A DNA stretch of 63,902 nucleotides, the filler included, from Octopus bimaculoides (taxonomy: Eukaryota): assembly GCF_001194135.2 (NCBI RefSeq). It is 4 parts of 4 records of this genome, joined end to end, with 100 filler letters (N's around TTAATTAATTAA, not from the genome) between each part and the next. Parts side by side here need not be neighbours in the genome. Positions count along the whole stretch, not along the records: positions 1 to 28,669 come from NC_068982.1; 3 more parts are not named here. One strand, 5' to 3'. Position numbers and translations under genes: made by a program. The first letter of the stretch is position 1; each line of letters starts with the position of its first letter. The notes beneath the pieces are model-generated. The model saw only the letters and a list, made by a program, of their open reading frames with translations. It did no database searches and was not told where the DNA came from. Of the stretch, positions 1 to 12,994 are shown piece by piece.

Positions 1-35
<35 letters not shown>

Positions 36-640
36 ATATGTGTGTGTGTGTATATTCATGTCTATGTGTGTGTGTGTGTGTGTGTTGATTATAGATATGT
101 GTGATCATAGTTGACCAACATTTAAGCAGCAACAGTAATAATTATAGCAACCAAGAATCCTCTAGATAACTCCTTGTCTTGCAAAACATTTGACTCCAGT
201 CACTCTTACTGTCTTAAAAACTTGATCATAGGATAATCTACCATTAGCTACTTTAGTCATTTTGAATGTAAAAAAAATAGAGTGATTAAAGATGGAAAGT
301 CTTTGATCAATATTCTGCTCGATGAAGTTTGATATAGAGATAAAAGTAACAATAACAACAATTATAACTTGTAGTATAGCAATGAATTAATTTGCGGTGA
401 CCTCATCAACTTATGTAACAACGGGCTTGAACAAGTTGAATTAGAATACATTGAAACAACATACAAACTAATGCAACTCTCGAACAAGAGATATGACTGA
501 CAAAAACTAGAGAGTATTATCAAATGATACATTTGGTTAAATAAAGACAGAAAAGAACGTTAACAATAGTAAAAACATCAGTTGAGAGGGATGTTCTATG
601 CTATCATTAAGAATACAGTCAGTTTTGCCAATAATACTCT

Positions 641-838
641 CAAATTTTGCTATAAGGCCAGTAATTTTAAAAGAGATGGTAAATTGATTATATCGACCTC
701 AATGTTCAAGTGAGACTTACATTACCAACCTCGAATGGAAGAAAGGTAAAGTGGATCCCGACGGAATTTCAACTTAGAACAGCCGGTAAAAATGCCGCTA
801 AGTATTTTCTCTCACTCGGTAACGTTTCTGCGGCTCAG
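641..838 (-). mobile_element. SINE family B, degenerate copy
   Basis: Reverse complement resembles the B body (gaaacgttaccgag...cggcattttt...gttctaagttgaaattccgtc); heavily diverged. Confidence 0.6.
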
Positions 839-904
839 TTGTGTCAATTATAAGATTTAATATCAATCATAACATCAGTGACAATATACAGCAAAGTATC
901 ATTT

Positions 905-1095
905 ACACAATATTGGTTTCAAATTATGGCACTAGGCCAGCAGTTTCAGGGGTGGGGCTAATTCGATTACATCGACCCCCCAGCACTCAACTGGTAATTA
1001 TTTTATAGACTCAAGAAGGATGAAAGGCAAAGCCGACTTCGGAGGAATTTGAACTCAGAATACAGAGACGGACGAAATACCGCTAAGCATTTAGT
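905..1095 (-). mobile_element. SINE family B (tRNA-like head, CCTTTCATCCT..GGTCGATAAA..AGTACCAG central domain)
   Basis: Reverse complement reads atgcttagcggtatttcgtc...ctgagttcaaattcctccgaagtcggctttgcctttcatccttc; the 5' end is cut off near the family A insertion. Confidence 0.85.
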
Positions 1096-1116
1096 TACAC
1101 AATATTGCTTCTAAGT

Positions 1117-1500
1117 GGAGGCGCAATGGCCCAGTGGTTAGGGCAGCGGACTCGTGGTCGTAGGATCGTGGTTTCGATTCCCAGACCGGGCGTTGTGAGT
1201 GTTTATTGAGCGAAAACACCTAAAGCTCCACGAGGCTCCGGCAGGGGATGGTGGCGAAGCCTGCTGTACTCTTTCACCACAACTTTCTCTCACTCTTACT
1301 TCCTGTTTCTGTTGCACCTGTATTTCAAAGGGCCAGCCTTGTCACACTCTGTGTCACGCTGAATCTCCCCCGAGAACTACGTTAAGGGTACACCTGTCTG
1401 TGGAGTGCTCAGCCACTTGCACGTTAATTTCACGAGCAGGCTGTTCCGTTGATCGGATCAACTGGAACCCTCGTCATCGTAACCGACGGAGTGCCAAACA
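1117..1500 (+). mobile_element. SINE family A, full length (tRNA-derived head)
   Basis: A-box TGGCCCAGTGG and B-box GGTTTCGATTCC. Near-identical copies at 7404, 19006, 24551 and 49943. Flanked by a ~13-bp TSD attgc(t/c)tctaagt (1104-1116 / 1503-1515). Confidence 0.92.
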
Positions 1501-2723
1501 CCATTGCCTCTAAGTCCAACATTTTCAGCATTTTACTAAATCTAGTAAAATAATAATGATTAAAGTAAAGGAACAATACTCAATAGTGAACGGTAGTTTT
1601 AGGTCGTAAAACATTTACCTTTAATAATTAAGTTGGAGTTAGTGTATTTAATAGAATAATCATTACAAATCTAATCAAGAATAACAATGCGGTGAGGAAA
1701 CTACAATATTAATCAATGAGTGATATTGTGTTAACCAATCTAGCAAGTATCGGTCATGTTTCCGTGTTATTGAACCTCTTCTCTGAAGGATAAAATATAC
1801 CGTATTTACTTATGTGAAGAGGAAAGAAACACTAAGCAGATATTGTACATGCATTGATAGAACAACTTCATATATTAATTAATTAATTACTGGAATACCA
1901 TATGCATGCAAGACAATAGCGAAGTTAATGCTAATGTATATAATGTAGGGAGCATTAAATATCTAGTCATTAGTAATTAAGCAGTGAGGAAATGAAGCTA
2001 TTAATCATTGAATAATATAACATTAATTATTCCCGGAAGTACATCTCAGTGTATAAGAGTCTAAAAAGCTCATAAAGTCCGTATTATGCTTTGCCTCGAA
2101 TTTTAACATGTTTATATTAAATAGAAGAACTGAGATGAAAATGCAGTGTGATTCAATGAGTCAACGGTTTTAAGGATCGGAGCAACTTAACGGGATATCT
2201 AACAACTCACCACTTTGCTTTGCTTTATTTTTTTGCGAATAAAATTTAAAAAAAAATAATTATAAAAAAAACTATTTGCACACATACATACACAAACACA
2301 AGCAAAACAAACAAAAAACAAACAATTAGAAAGAAAAAAACCCACTGAATTCGAAATACAAATCCTGTAGGTTTTTAACTACATAAACAGTAGCAGTAGC
2401 AATAGCAACAATCACACACACAAAATAAAGAAGGAAAAGAAAACAATTAAAAACAAAGTATCTATATTTACTGATTTATAGCCTGGCATCTAGTCTAAGA
2501 GGCTAGTCTTTTTCAGAGTCTTCTGTTACGGTGTTAAAGTCAGACGAATGAGTCACTAAATGGTTTATGGTAGAGTGTCAGTTGTAAATTATGTTCTGTT
2601 GATTCACGGTTGCTGTGAATGTCCAACTTTTTAATCGCTTTAGACAAGCAATCACTCACTGATAGCTGGTGGTTGAGGTACTTAGTAACAACCGGGAAAT
2701 TTAGAGTTTCTGCTTCATTGCAG

Positions 2724-2842
2724 ATGACTGGCTTCGAATTTATATTACGACATTTTGGCGTGTGTTGTTTCCAAAGAAACTTCTACAGACATTGGCCAAC
2801 GAGCTTCATAGAATAGTTTCTGACAACGATCTCCTTCACTTT
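2724..2842 (+). CDS. Candidate internal coding exon of an unidentified host gene (xD-DWLRIYITTFWRVLFPKKLLQTLANELHRIVSDNDLLHF)
   Basis: Pyrimidine-rich acceptor TTTCTGCTTCATTGCAG ends at 2723 and donor GTATGT starts at 2843. The 119 nt (2 nt + 39 codons) are open, non-repetitive and protein-like. Protein family not recognised. Confidence 0.4.
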
Positions 2843-4498
2843 GTATGTGTGACCAATTTATGAAAAATATTAAAACATAAAATGATATTTTTTTTCCTCT
2901 CGTTCCTTTCCTCCCTTCCACCGACATTTCTATCTTTTACGTTTACCGTTTCTTATGTTTATTTATGTTCTTTGTTTATTTATTTTCCTTCTTATTTTAT
3001 TTTATCTTAAAAACCAACACTGAGAAAGGACAGTAGAATTTTATTGATTTCTTTGGTGGTTATCACAAACTTGCAAAGAGAAGGATAATAGCGAAATTTG
3101 ATTAAGTAAACTACAAAAAGAACTGGTGATACATTCCAACATATTCCTTTCGCTTTGATCAACGGAGGAAACTAATTGCTTGGTGAATCGGAATTTTACC
3201 ACTATTAGATCGTAAAGCTTCATCAGACTTGCCAAACATCTGTAGATATCGACTTACTTTGCAGGAACTATTAACTATTTCATTTCGGCTTTTGTCTCTA
3301 AGATCATTTCCTAAGCAGTTTCTGAAGTTTATACTTTTTCTTCCAAAGCATTGGACAATAAACTAATATGTCAGTGTGTAAGTTTGTGGTGTGTATTTGA
3401 ATAATGTGAGATTGCTCTCTCGCTCGCTTTCTCCCCCCCCTCTCTCTCTCTATATATATATACGCATGCATATACGCACACACGCACATGTATGTGTGTA
3501 TATGTGCGAGTGTGTGTAGACATATATATGACATATACGTACATGTAAACACACACACACGCACACACATACACATACACACACACACACGCACACACGC
3601 ACACACACAAGCACACATCGATTCGCGAACAATTTTTTTAATAAAGAAATACTACTACACACATAAGGTAGAGTTTCTATATTTCATTAGATGCCGAAAC
3701 TTCTTGGTTTGATCGTTATTCTGAGTTTCACGCTTCCGATTATTCATACGATAGAAGAGAGGTCATGCGACAATACATAAGTAAAATATTCTGAGTTCGA
3801 TAAACTAGTAACTTATAAAGAACCATATGTAATCGAGAAGGCAAATATTAGGATTGTTGGTTACCTTATCATAATTTCTACTAAACATTTTATGATCTCT
3901 GTAGTCTGCTGGAAAATGCTAATTTCTAAGACTTGAAGAAATTCTGGTGATATTAGAACAAACTTTTAAACTATATGGAGAATTATGCCATAATATTTCG
4001 TTTCTTATTTTGTGTTTTGAGTTAGTGTTATCAAATAGATAATATACTCTATCTTTGAAGCCATTTCATCTTTCAAAAGCACTAGTTTGCTAAGTTAAGA
4101 TCGCTCATGCAATGTATCATAGCTATAGAGGGCTTACTGAAAAATCTCATAAATAAAGATTGTCACAAGAGATCCAACGAAGAAACCTCTACAAGATCAC
4201 GTTATTTACTAAAAATAGTAAACCGAATGCCTTCAAGTTTTGATGAAGCGTCTTAAAAGAAAAGAAGAACAGGAATACATTAGACTATGTGGTCTTGAGT
4301 GCACTGTGTTTAGGAAAAATACTGGGTGGTCACGACTAGAATCCTTTTAATAATAATCCAAGGCTGATTGCAGATAAAGCAAAAATGATACTAAGTTTAG
4401 TTTAGAATAAAAATGTTGCTCGAAGTTACTGGTGTCACATCGAATCTAGAAACTAGAAGAAAAATATCAAACAATATGGAATAAAGGCTGCCAGCTAC

Positions 4499-4781
4499 CA
4501 GTGGTTCTCAATCGGGGTCCACATGGCCCGTGGGGATCTATATGAGATATTGTTGTTAAAATTTATGTTAAAATTTATGTGCAATAAATTGGTTACACTT
4601 CTACAATACACAAAAGATTTTAATTTTTTAATTACAATTCATAATAATATCTAATCATAAAAATACAGTAAGATTTTTTTATATACATCAAATGGCTATG
4701 GAGGCTCCGGCAGAGTAAAATAGGAATCAAAGGGGTTCATAGGAAAAAAAACCCCATAAAAAAAATAGTTGAGAACTACTG
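4499..4781. mobile_element. hAT-like MITE (~280 bp)
   Basis: TIRs CAGTGGTTCTCAA / TTGAGAACTACTG. Internal body (atttatgtgcaataaa..ggtta..cttctacaatacacaaaa) is shared with the copies at 19695 and 38438. Confidence 0.75.
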
Positions 4782-5155
4782 AGCTAGACTCTGTAATCTA
4801 TCAAATTCCTGTTTTAAAGGTAAAAAGGATATACTAACTTATTAAATGAACGAAGTGTAGTGTGAAAGAACCAAAGGTTCATAGGAAGAGAGAAACATTA
4901 AAAAAATAGTCAAGAACTACTGAGCTAGACTCTGTAATCTATCAAATTCCTGTTTTAAAGGTTAAAAAGGATATACTAACTTATTAAATGAACGAAGTGT
5001 AGTGTGAAAGAAACAAATGTTCATAGGAAAAAAACATTAAAAAATAGTTGAGAACTACTGAGTTAGACTCTGTAATCTATCAAATTCCTGTTTTAAAGGT
5101 AAAAAGGATATACTAACTTATTAAATGAACGAAGTATAGTGTGAAAGAAACAAAT
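4735..5155. repeat. Tandem triplication, ~140-bp unit
   Basis: gttcatagga...aaatagttgagaactactgagctagactctgtaatctatcaaattcctgttttaaagg...gaacgaagtgtagtgtgaaagaa occurs three times head-to-tail. Confidence 0.95.
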
Positions 5156-5344
5156 TAAGTCGGAGAATTTATCAGGCAAAGATATAAAAAATAAAAAAAA
5201 TTCACTAAAAACGTTACCTCATCAGATAGATATTTAACGAGCCACCCAGTCATCTAAGTGTGTATTATTTGACAATAACGAAACTTTGATTATAAATGGA
5301 GCATTAAAGTAATCTATGAAAATAATGTAGTAAATAATATGATA

Positions 5345-6470
5345 TTTATTTCTAATTTTGATACAAGGTCAACACTTTTTGAGAGGAAAGGATTAATCGA
5401 TCACATCGACGCCAGTACTTCATTGGCTCTTTACTGTATTGACCCCGGAAGGAAGAAAAACCTATGTTGACCTTGACGGGATTTGAACTTGATTAGAAGC
5501 TGGTAAAAATACCGGAAGCATTTTCTTCTCGACGCTCTATCGACTTTGTCAATCTACCATACAATAATTCAACGTAAGAAAAGCTTCTGATTTAGACACA
5601 AGGATAGCAATTTGAGTTTAATCGATACCAGCAACCTCAGTGCTTGTTAGGTACTTATTTTATCGACCTCGGAAGGATGAAAAGTAAAGTTAACTCGACG
5701 GGACTTGAACCCAAACCATAACGGACCAGAAGAAATACTGCAAGGCATTTTCCCAACGCGGTTATATTTCTCATAGATCGCCGCCCTGTTGTTCAACGTA
5801 GTAATTATTATCACTGTAGGCACAAAACCCAAAATTTGGTGGGAGGAGGCTTATCGATTACACCGACCTCAATTCCCAACTAGTAATTATATCATCGATT
5901 CCGAAAAGATGGCAGGCAAAGCCGACCTAGCCGGAATTTGAACTCAGATCATAAAGCCAGAAGAAATGTCATGGCGCTCAGCATTTTGTACTTTATGCTA
6001 ACGATTCTCTCTGCTTTCGCCTTATAGCTTAACGTATTAATAGTTATAAATTTTAGCACAGGACCAACAATCTCGGGATTAGGGGTATGGCAATTACAGC
6101 GACACCAGAGATCAACTAGTACGTGATTTATCGATCTCGAAAGAATGAAAGGCAATTTGAACTGAGAACGTAATGACAGATGAAATGTTGCTAAGAATTT
6201 TATTTGGCGTGCTAACAATGTTGCCAGCTCGCTCCCTTATAGTTCATAGTAATAATCGCTTCTACTATAGGCACAAGGCTTGAAATTTTGTGGGTGAGAG
6301 CTAGTCATTTACATTGACCCCTGTGCTCAGCTGGTACTTATTTTATTGACCCCAAAAGGATGAAAGGCAAAGTCGACCTCGGCGGCATTTGAACTCAAAA
6401 TGTGAAGACGGATGCAAGACTGTTAAGCATTTTGCTCGGCGTGCTAACGATTCTACCAGCTCGCAGCCTT
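5345..6470 (-). mobile_element. Train of five degenerate family B SINEs in the same orientation
   Basis: The motif ttatttta(t)tcgacc..gaaggatgaaag(g)caaagtcgacc..gaatttgaact recurs at about 5430, 5655, 5890, 6125 and 6340. Confidence 0.85.
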
Positions 6471-7403
6471 TATAGTGTCAAAGCAATGGTAAAAATGAAT
6501 AATATCAAACGATAAGCTAAAATCTTTTTCAGTTTAAATAGAAAATTGAAGAATAAAAAACAAAAAAACAAAAAACAAAACAAAATGAAAAAAAAAAAAA
6601 CAAGGGAGAATAGATAATAATAAGCCAAACACATGAGTTAACAGTTAAACTATCTGAATAAATAATTACATAAGTATATAAAGGAATGAATTTACCTCAT
6701 AAACAGAAAAACAGAGAAATGTCATGATAAGTAGTATTTTCTTAGCTGAAATTTATCTGGTAATTTTTTCAGCAGTTTGCTATTTTAACTGCATTTATGT
6801 ATTATATATTAATATAATATAAAATAACACACACGCACACGCACACAAATATGCATGTGTACATGTGTGTGCATTTACGAGCGCGTATAGGTATGTTTGT
6901 ATTTGTATCAGTGTATGCATCTGTATGAAGTAGGCAGATATCTACCCTTAATTACTTTCCCACTTTCTTTATCTGTGCACTAAATAATTAATACGCATCT
7001 CAAGCCATATGCGTCTGTTTTTCCCCAAACTGACTTGAATCTTATAGAGTAAATGGCGAACAGTTAAAACTTAAAATGACTCTTCTAAGCCTTATCACCT
7101 GCTCAAGTTGTCCAATAAACTAACTAATTAATATACAATGTTGATTAATTTTACTTTACACACATTTCCTTTCCAAATTCTGCATTCACCGCAAGCTTGT
7201 ATTCTTAAACAATCTCCTCTTTTGACTGTAACTTCCCTTATTTTTCGGTATTTCTTCCATTAATTCTTTGCTAGTTTAAATGGGAAATATAGCTGACATG
7301 CACTGTAAAAGGAGAATCAGAAGTAACGAGCTATCGATAGAGCAATGAAAGAACGTCATTATCTGTGTGTATGTATGTATGTATGTATGTAGGTATGTAT
7401 GTA

Positions 7404-7748
7404 GGGGGCTCAATGGCCCAGTGGTTAGGACAGCAGACTCGCTGTCATAGGATTGCGGTTTCGATTCCCAGACCGGGCGTTGTGAGTGTTTATTGAGCGA
7501 AAACACCTAAAGCTCCACGAGGCTCCGGCAGGGGATGGTGGCGAACCCTGCTGTACTCTTCCACCACAACTTTCTCTCACTCTTACTTCCTGTTTCTGTT
7601 GTGCCTGTAATTCAAAGGGTCAGCCTTGTCACACTGTGTCACGCTGAATATCCTCGAGAACTACATTAATGGTACACGTGTCTGTGGAGTGCTCAGCCAC
7701 TTGCACGTTAATTTCACGAGCAGGCTGTTCCGTTGATCGGATCAACTG
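7404..7748 (+). mobile_element. SINE family A, 3' end lost in gap
   Basis: Colinear with 1117-1500 up to the N gap. Confidence 0.9.
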
Positions 7749-8037
7749 NNNNNNNNNNNNNNNNNNNNNNNNNNNNNNNNNNNNNNNNNNNNNNNNNNNN
7801 NNNNNNNNNNNNNNNNNNNNNNNNNNNNNNNNNNNNNNNNNNNNNNNNNNNNNNNNNNNNNNNNNNNNNNNNNNNNNNNNNNNNNNNNNNNNNNNNNNNN
7901 NNNNNNNNNNNNNNNNNNNNNNNNNNNNNNNNNNNNNNNNNNNNNNNNNNNNNNNNNNNNNNNNNNNNNNNNNNNNNNNNNNNNNNNNNNNNNNNNNNNN
8001 NNNNNNNNNNNNNNNNNNTATATATATATATATTATC

Positions 8038-8076
<39 letters not shown>

Positions 8077-8447
8077 GTAGACATTCACACACGTGCCCGC
8101 ACACACACATGAAAGAGAAAAAAATCCGATATGTATGTGCAAATGCGTTCTATTATTTGAAGCTTGTAGAGAGATTGGGGTAGAGATGGGTGAAAATAAG
8201 TATGCACGTGGGAAGAAGAATAACAGAGTGGAGGAGTTAACGAGAAGTAGAAGCAATGTGGAGTATATTTTTGTGAAAGAACAGAACGTCTTGCGTAGCA
8301 TTATGGGATATACATACATCTTGCTGCCAATTTAGTGAAAACACTAGGACAACATGAAGGACGACAGAAGATATGGTAAATATACGTTTCTAGAAAATAT
8401 CTTTGCTTCATGTGAATCATTATTTAAACAGTATATCTGATGTCAAA

Positions 8448-8662
8448 AGGAGGCGAGCTGGCAGAAACTTTAGCACGCCGGGTGAAATGCTTTGCGGTAT
8501 TTCGTCTGCCACTGCGTTCTGAGTTCAAATTCCGCCGAGGTCGACTTTGCCTTTCATCCTTTCGGGGTCGATAAATTAAGTACCAGTTGCATACTAGGGT
8601 CGATCTAATCGACTGTCCCGCTCCCCCAAAATTTCGGGTCTTGTGCCTAGAGTAGAAAAGAA
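8448..8662 (+). mobile_element. SINE family B (B2 tail), full length with 16-bp TSD
   Basis: ggaggcgagctggcagaaac...gagttcaaattccgccgaggtcgactttgcctttcatcctttcggggtcgataaattaagtaccag...gtagaaaagaa. TSD tatatctgatgtcaaa at 8432-8447 and 8663-8678. Confidence 0.95.
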
Positions 8663-9942
8663 TATATCTGATGTCAAATCACATTCAAATTCTCAAGATC
8701 CCAACAGGTGTAGTAGAATGATCAAATGAGATGAGCACAATACTTTATAGGAAAGATTATGCAAGAGGGAAAGTGATGAATACACTGGTAAACTGAATGA
8801 TTTCGTGATTAAGTTGGAGATGAAATTAGACCTCGTAAATACTAGTTCCCAATCGGTCCTGAGGTTTACACAAATATGCTTAGTTTTTGTTAAATCTGGA
8901 GGATGGAGCAGAGCCCATGGCCATTGCATTCTTTCGGAGATTGGTGAGACTAGTGTCCTTAATGTTCTGTTGGAGCTTTTGCCAGTCAACGCTCGCAAGA
9001 AAGACGTGGGCATGAAAGAGCTAACACTGGAAGACGATGTTCTTGAGGAAGATAATTGGTCATAATGGTTAATGCGAGGAATGGGAGGTTGAACGCAACA
9101 ACTGTGACGATAGGTGGAGAGACGAGTATGCTGGGAGTGCCGGAGTAGCAGAGCTATGAGACTAACCAGCTCCAAGAAACAGAAATCATTGTTATCATTG
9201 TCACTACTATCGCTACTGGTGTTGCTGTTGTTATTGTTTTTCTGCTGTGTAGTTTGATGTTATCAGGTTAAACAGCACCAACATCAACAACAGGATAGGA
9301 AAGTCTCTTTTTAAGCAACGTTCAGTCATGCTCATCCCAACTTTTTGTACATTATCCACGTTGTTGTTTGTTTCCTTCTCTTTTAAGAAGACACAACTGA
9401 TAATGACCTACGAATTCTATTTAGATCCTGTAAAGAGTAGAGTGGAGCAATGCTAGGATGCTGGGCAGGTAAAACAGAGGTACGAAGATCATAACCTTAC
9501 CCTGGTATCAAGTATATTTATTCAAACAAGGTAAAGTGGTGGCTTAGCATAATCGCTAAAGCGTCGGACAAAATGACATGACATATAGAATTTGCTCCGG
9601 GTCTTCGCGCTTGAAGTTCAAATATGAACGAGGTGATCATACCAGAGTCGTAATATATTAATAGAATACTAGTTAGGTACTCGATTTATGACCTATTATG
9701 AGAGTTAGGAGTATATACATCAAGATGTAGTTTGGGGGAACTTGTCTATTACAACTACTATTTCGAACGATCATATAGAGCGTCACTCAAGTAAGAGACG
9801 TGTGTGAATTTATGTAGATTAATAAGGAGTGGGGTAAAAGATCCTAAGCTTAATAACTGCTGAGAATTGCTAAGTTCAGAGTGATTAGGAGGTGTTAAAA
9901 TGTTACGAAAACACTATTGTATATAAATGAGTATATTATTAA

Positions 9943-11002
9943 CCTTTCCGCTAGAGATTGACATTCATATTCGGCACCAAGGGCGGAGTAACTACGTCTG
10001 TATGTAAGAATTTTGTTTATGTATGTATGTATGAATGTATGTATGTATGTCAGGTCACTTTTATTGCTACTGGTAAAATGTAACCCAGTGCAACCTGCTG
10101 CATGGTCGGGCCGTAGGCATCTAAATTAGCAACCCTACAAAACCTGTTTAACAGGGAGAATGGCTTTCGAGGGTCAACCTACAGGATGAGAAAAGAACCC
10201 GGCGGAGAGGGCGGATGAATTCAGTAAAGTCAACGGCAACCCAACAGCTAAGGGATCTCTACCCAAGTCTTTCTTTAGACGTACCTCGAGGAGAAGGTAC
10301 TTCTAAAATAACACCCACCTCATTGCAAACTCAGAGATCTTGCTCTTGCTTCTTTCTGGACAGCTTGGTTTTCTAAGGGAGTGCCTAAGCAGTATTGTTC
10401 AAGCTGTTGTTGACTTTAGATTTCAGCACAAGCATTGCTGACAACCATTGTCGTTAACAGCTTGGATAAGATAATTTGACAGTGATGGTCATACTCGTCA
10501 ACGAGTTAGCAGCCACCTCGTACGTATCTATGCATGTATATGTATGTATGTATGTATGTATGTATGCATGTATGGTGTAGGCAAGTATATATTAACATCA
10601 TAAATTGGGATTGCATTGCATAAAGTTTCACCGACGCAAAAAGCATGCCTGATTACCGGATGCTAATTACTCAGTATTAAGTGTCCGATCGATCACTCAA
10701 TCTGTTTTTGCATTTACGAAACAACTTTAATTGAGGCCAGTCTGTATCAGACATTTAAATCCTACAACCTGTATGGTATGTAGTTTTCTTTCGTTAATAT
10801 ACAACTTTTTGTCTCTCCCTCCTCACCTCTCTCGCTTTGTCACTGCCTTTTCAGACTGTCTGTTAGTCTTGCTCTCTCTCTCTGTCTTTATCTGTCTCTG
10901 TCCGTCTGTCTGTCTGCCTGCCTGCCTGTCTGTCCGTTTGTCCGTCTGTCTGTTTGTCTGTCTCGCTTTCTCTTTCACTTTCTCTCTCTCTCTCTCTCCC
11001 CC

Positions 11003-11040
<38 letters not shown>

Positions 11041-11151
11041 GTGTGTGTGTATGTGTGTGTGTATGTATAATCTATATACATATATGGATGTATATATATG
11101 TGTATACATATATATATATATATGCGCACGTGTGTATATATNNNNNNNNNN

Positions 11152-11202
<51 letters not shown>

Positions 11203-11242
11203 CCAGAGAAGTAGGAGGAAGAAAAATACATGTAGATATTTA

Positions 11243-11275
<33 letters not shown>

Positions 11276-11624
11276 CTGTGTATGTGTGTGAGTGTGTATA
11301 CGTATCTGTATATATAAATGTATGCATGCGAGGAGAAGAGATAGAAACAAAAGAAAAAAAGGATGGAGAGATGTTTGTTTTGATTATTAATATCACTGCG
11401 TCGTGCAATGTAATGAGGAAGTAATAGAAAGAACAAAAACAAAGAAGAAAGAAAATCCTTGAAAAAATATAAAAATCACAAAGAAAAAGAAGAAAAATCA
11501 CGCAAGACTAAAGATTAATAAAGAAAACAAACAAAACTTAGACCAAAACTGAATACCTTCTGTCTGTTTCTGCTTGTACACGAACAACGCACACACACAC
11601 ACGTTTGAATGCATACATACAGCC

Positions 11625-11664
<40 letters not shown>

Positions 11665-12190
11665 NNNNNNNNNNNNNNNNNNNNNNNNNNNNNNNNNNNN
11701 NNNNNNNNNNNNNNNNNNNNNNNNNNNNNNNNNNNNNNNNNNNNNNNNNNNNNNNNNNNNNNNNNNNNNNNNNNNNNNNNNNNNNNNNNNNNNNNNNNNN
11801 NNNNNNNNNNNNNNNNNNNNNNNNNNNNNNNNNNNNNNNNNNNNNNNNNNNNNNNNNNNNNNNNNNNNNNNTATATATACGCGCACACACATATGTAAGT
11901 ATGTATATATATATACATATATACACATATATATGTGTATGTATATATATACATATATATATATACACAATATATATGTATGTATATATATACATATATA
12001 TATATACACAATATATATGTATGTATATACATATACAATATATATATATATATATGCATACGAACAAACGTTGATACGCATATACTTTTCTGCAACCGCC
12101 GCCGTGTAGACTCACGCAGAAGCTCTCATATACAGAGGCAGTTACTCCGCCCTTGGTGCCGAATATGAATGTCAATCTCTAGCGGAAAGG
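9943..12190. mobile_element. Putative non-autonomous piggyBac-type element (TTAA-flanked, 51-bp perfect TIRs)
   Basis: TTAA(9939-9942)|CCTTTCCGCTAGAGATTGAC... and ...GTCAATCTCTAGCGGAAAGG|TTAA(12191-12194). CCY termini plus TTAA are piggyBac hallmarks. No transposase inside. Confidence 0.5.
10050..10520 (+). mobile_element. GC-enriched fragment, possibly the 5' leader of an RTE-type LINE
   Basis: Non-repetitive GC-richer block. The motif aggagaaggtacttctaaaataacacc resembles RTE 5' UTR sequence as I recall it. No ORF support. Confidence 0.25.
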
Positions 12191-12994
12191 TTAATAATAT
12201 ACTCATTTATATACAATAGTGTTTTCTTAACATTTCAGCACCTTCTAATCACTCTGAACTTAGCAAAACTTAACAGTTATTAGGCTTAGGAACTTTTGCC
12301 ATACTCCTTATTAATCTCCTTAATTTCACACACGTCTCTTGCTTGAATGACGCCCTATATGACCGTTCGAAGTAGTAGAAGCAGTTGACAAATTCTCTCA
12401 AATTATACTTTGATATATGTAATTGCGAATACACACTCTAGGCCACAGATCGTCGTGAATACGTAAGTAGTATTTTGCATATATATTATCATCCTGGTAG
12501 GATGAACGGCAAATATCACATCAGTCAGATTTGAACTTGAAGCGCGAAGACCTGGAACACATGCTGCAAGTAATTTTATCCAACGTTCTAACGATTCTGC
12601 CAAGCCACCACTTTACTGAATATATGAAGCATATATTTAAATAGATATATATATATATAAATAAATATATGAAGCATACATTTAAATAAATATATGCTTC
12701 ATGTCAGGACAAGTTTAAGATCTTTGTATTCATATGCTATGCGCTTGAAGCTCTGTCTTTATGTTTAACTTAAAAAGAAACAAAACTAGTGTATTTCTTT
12801 TATTTCACATTATTTCCTTTCAATATAAGTTAAGAGCGTGGTTTTTTTTTTAACAGTACTGCCACCACTACTGTAGTGACCTGCAGTTATACTCAGTAAG
12901 GAATGAGACGAGAGTAATTATTTTTAACATAAGCATGAGACTAGAAATTTGGCAGGAGGAGATAAGTCGATGAATACTAATCTCGTATTTCCAC

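Larger units (their letters stand above)
9531..12616. repeat. Long inverted repeat: arms 9531-~10012 and ~12121-12616
   Basis: 9907-9993 is the exact reverse complement of 12140-12226 (87 bp). 9761-9906 vs 12227-12372 shows 21 mismatches in 146 bp with no gaps. Both outer ends carry the same decayed B-SINE head. Confidence 0.95.

Noticed and set aside
1117-1195. tRNA-like sequence with A and B boxes (also at other A, B and C heads)
   Set aside because: It continues into a SINE body with TSDs and forms no complete cloverleaf, so it is not a tRNA gene.
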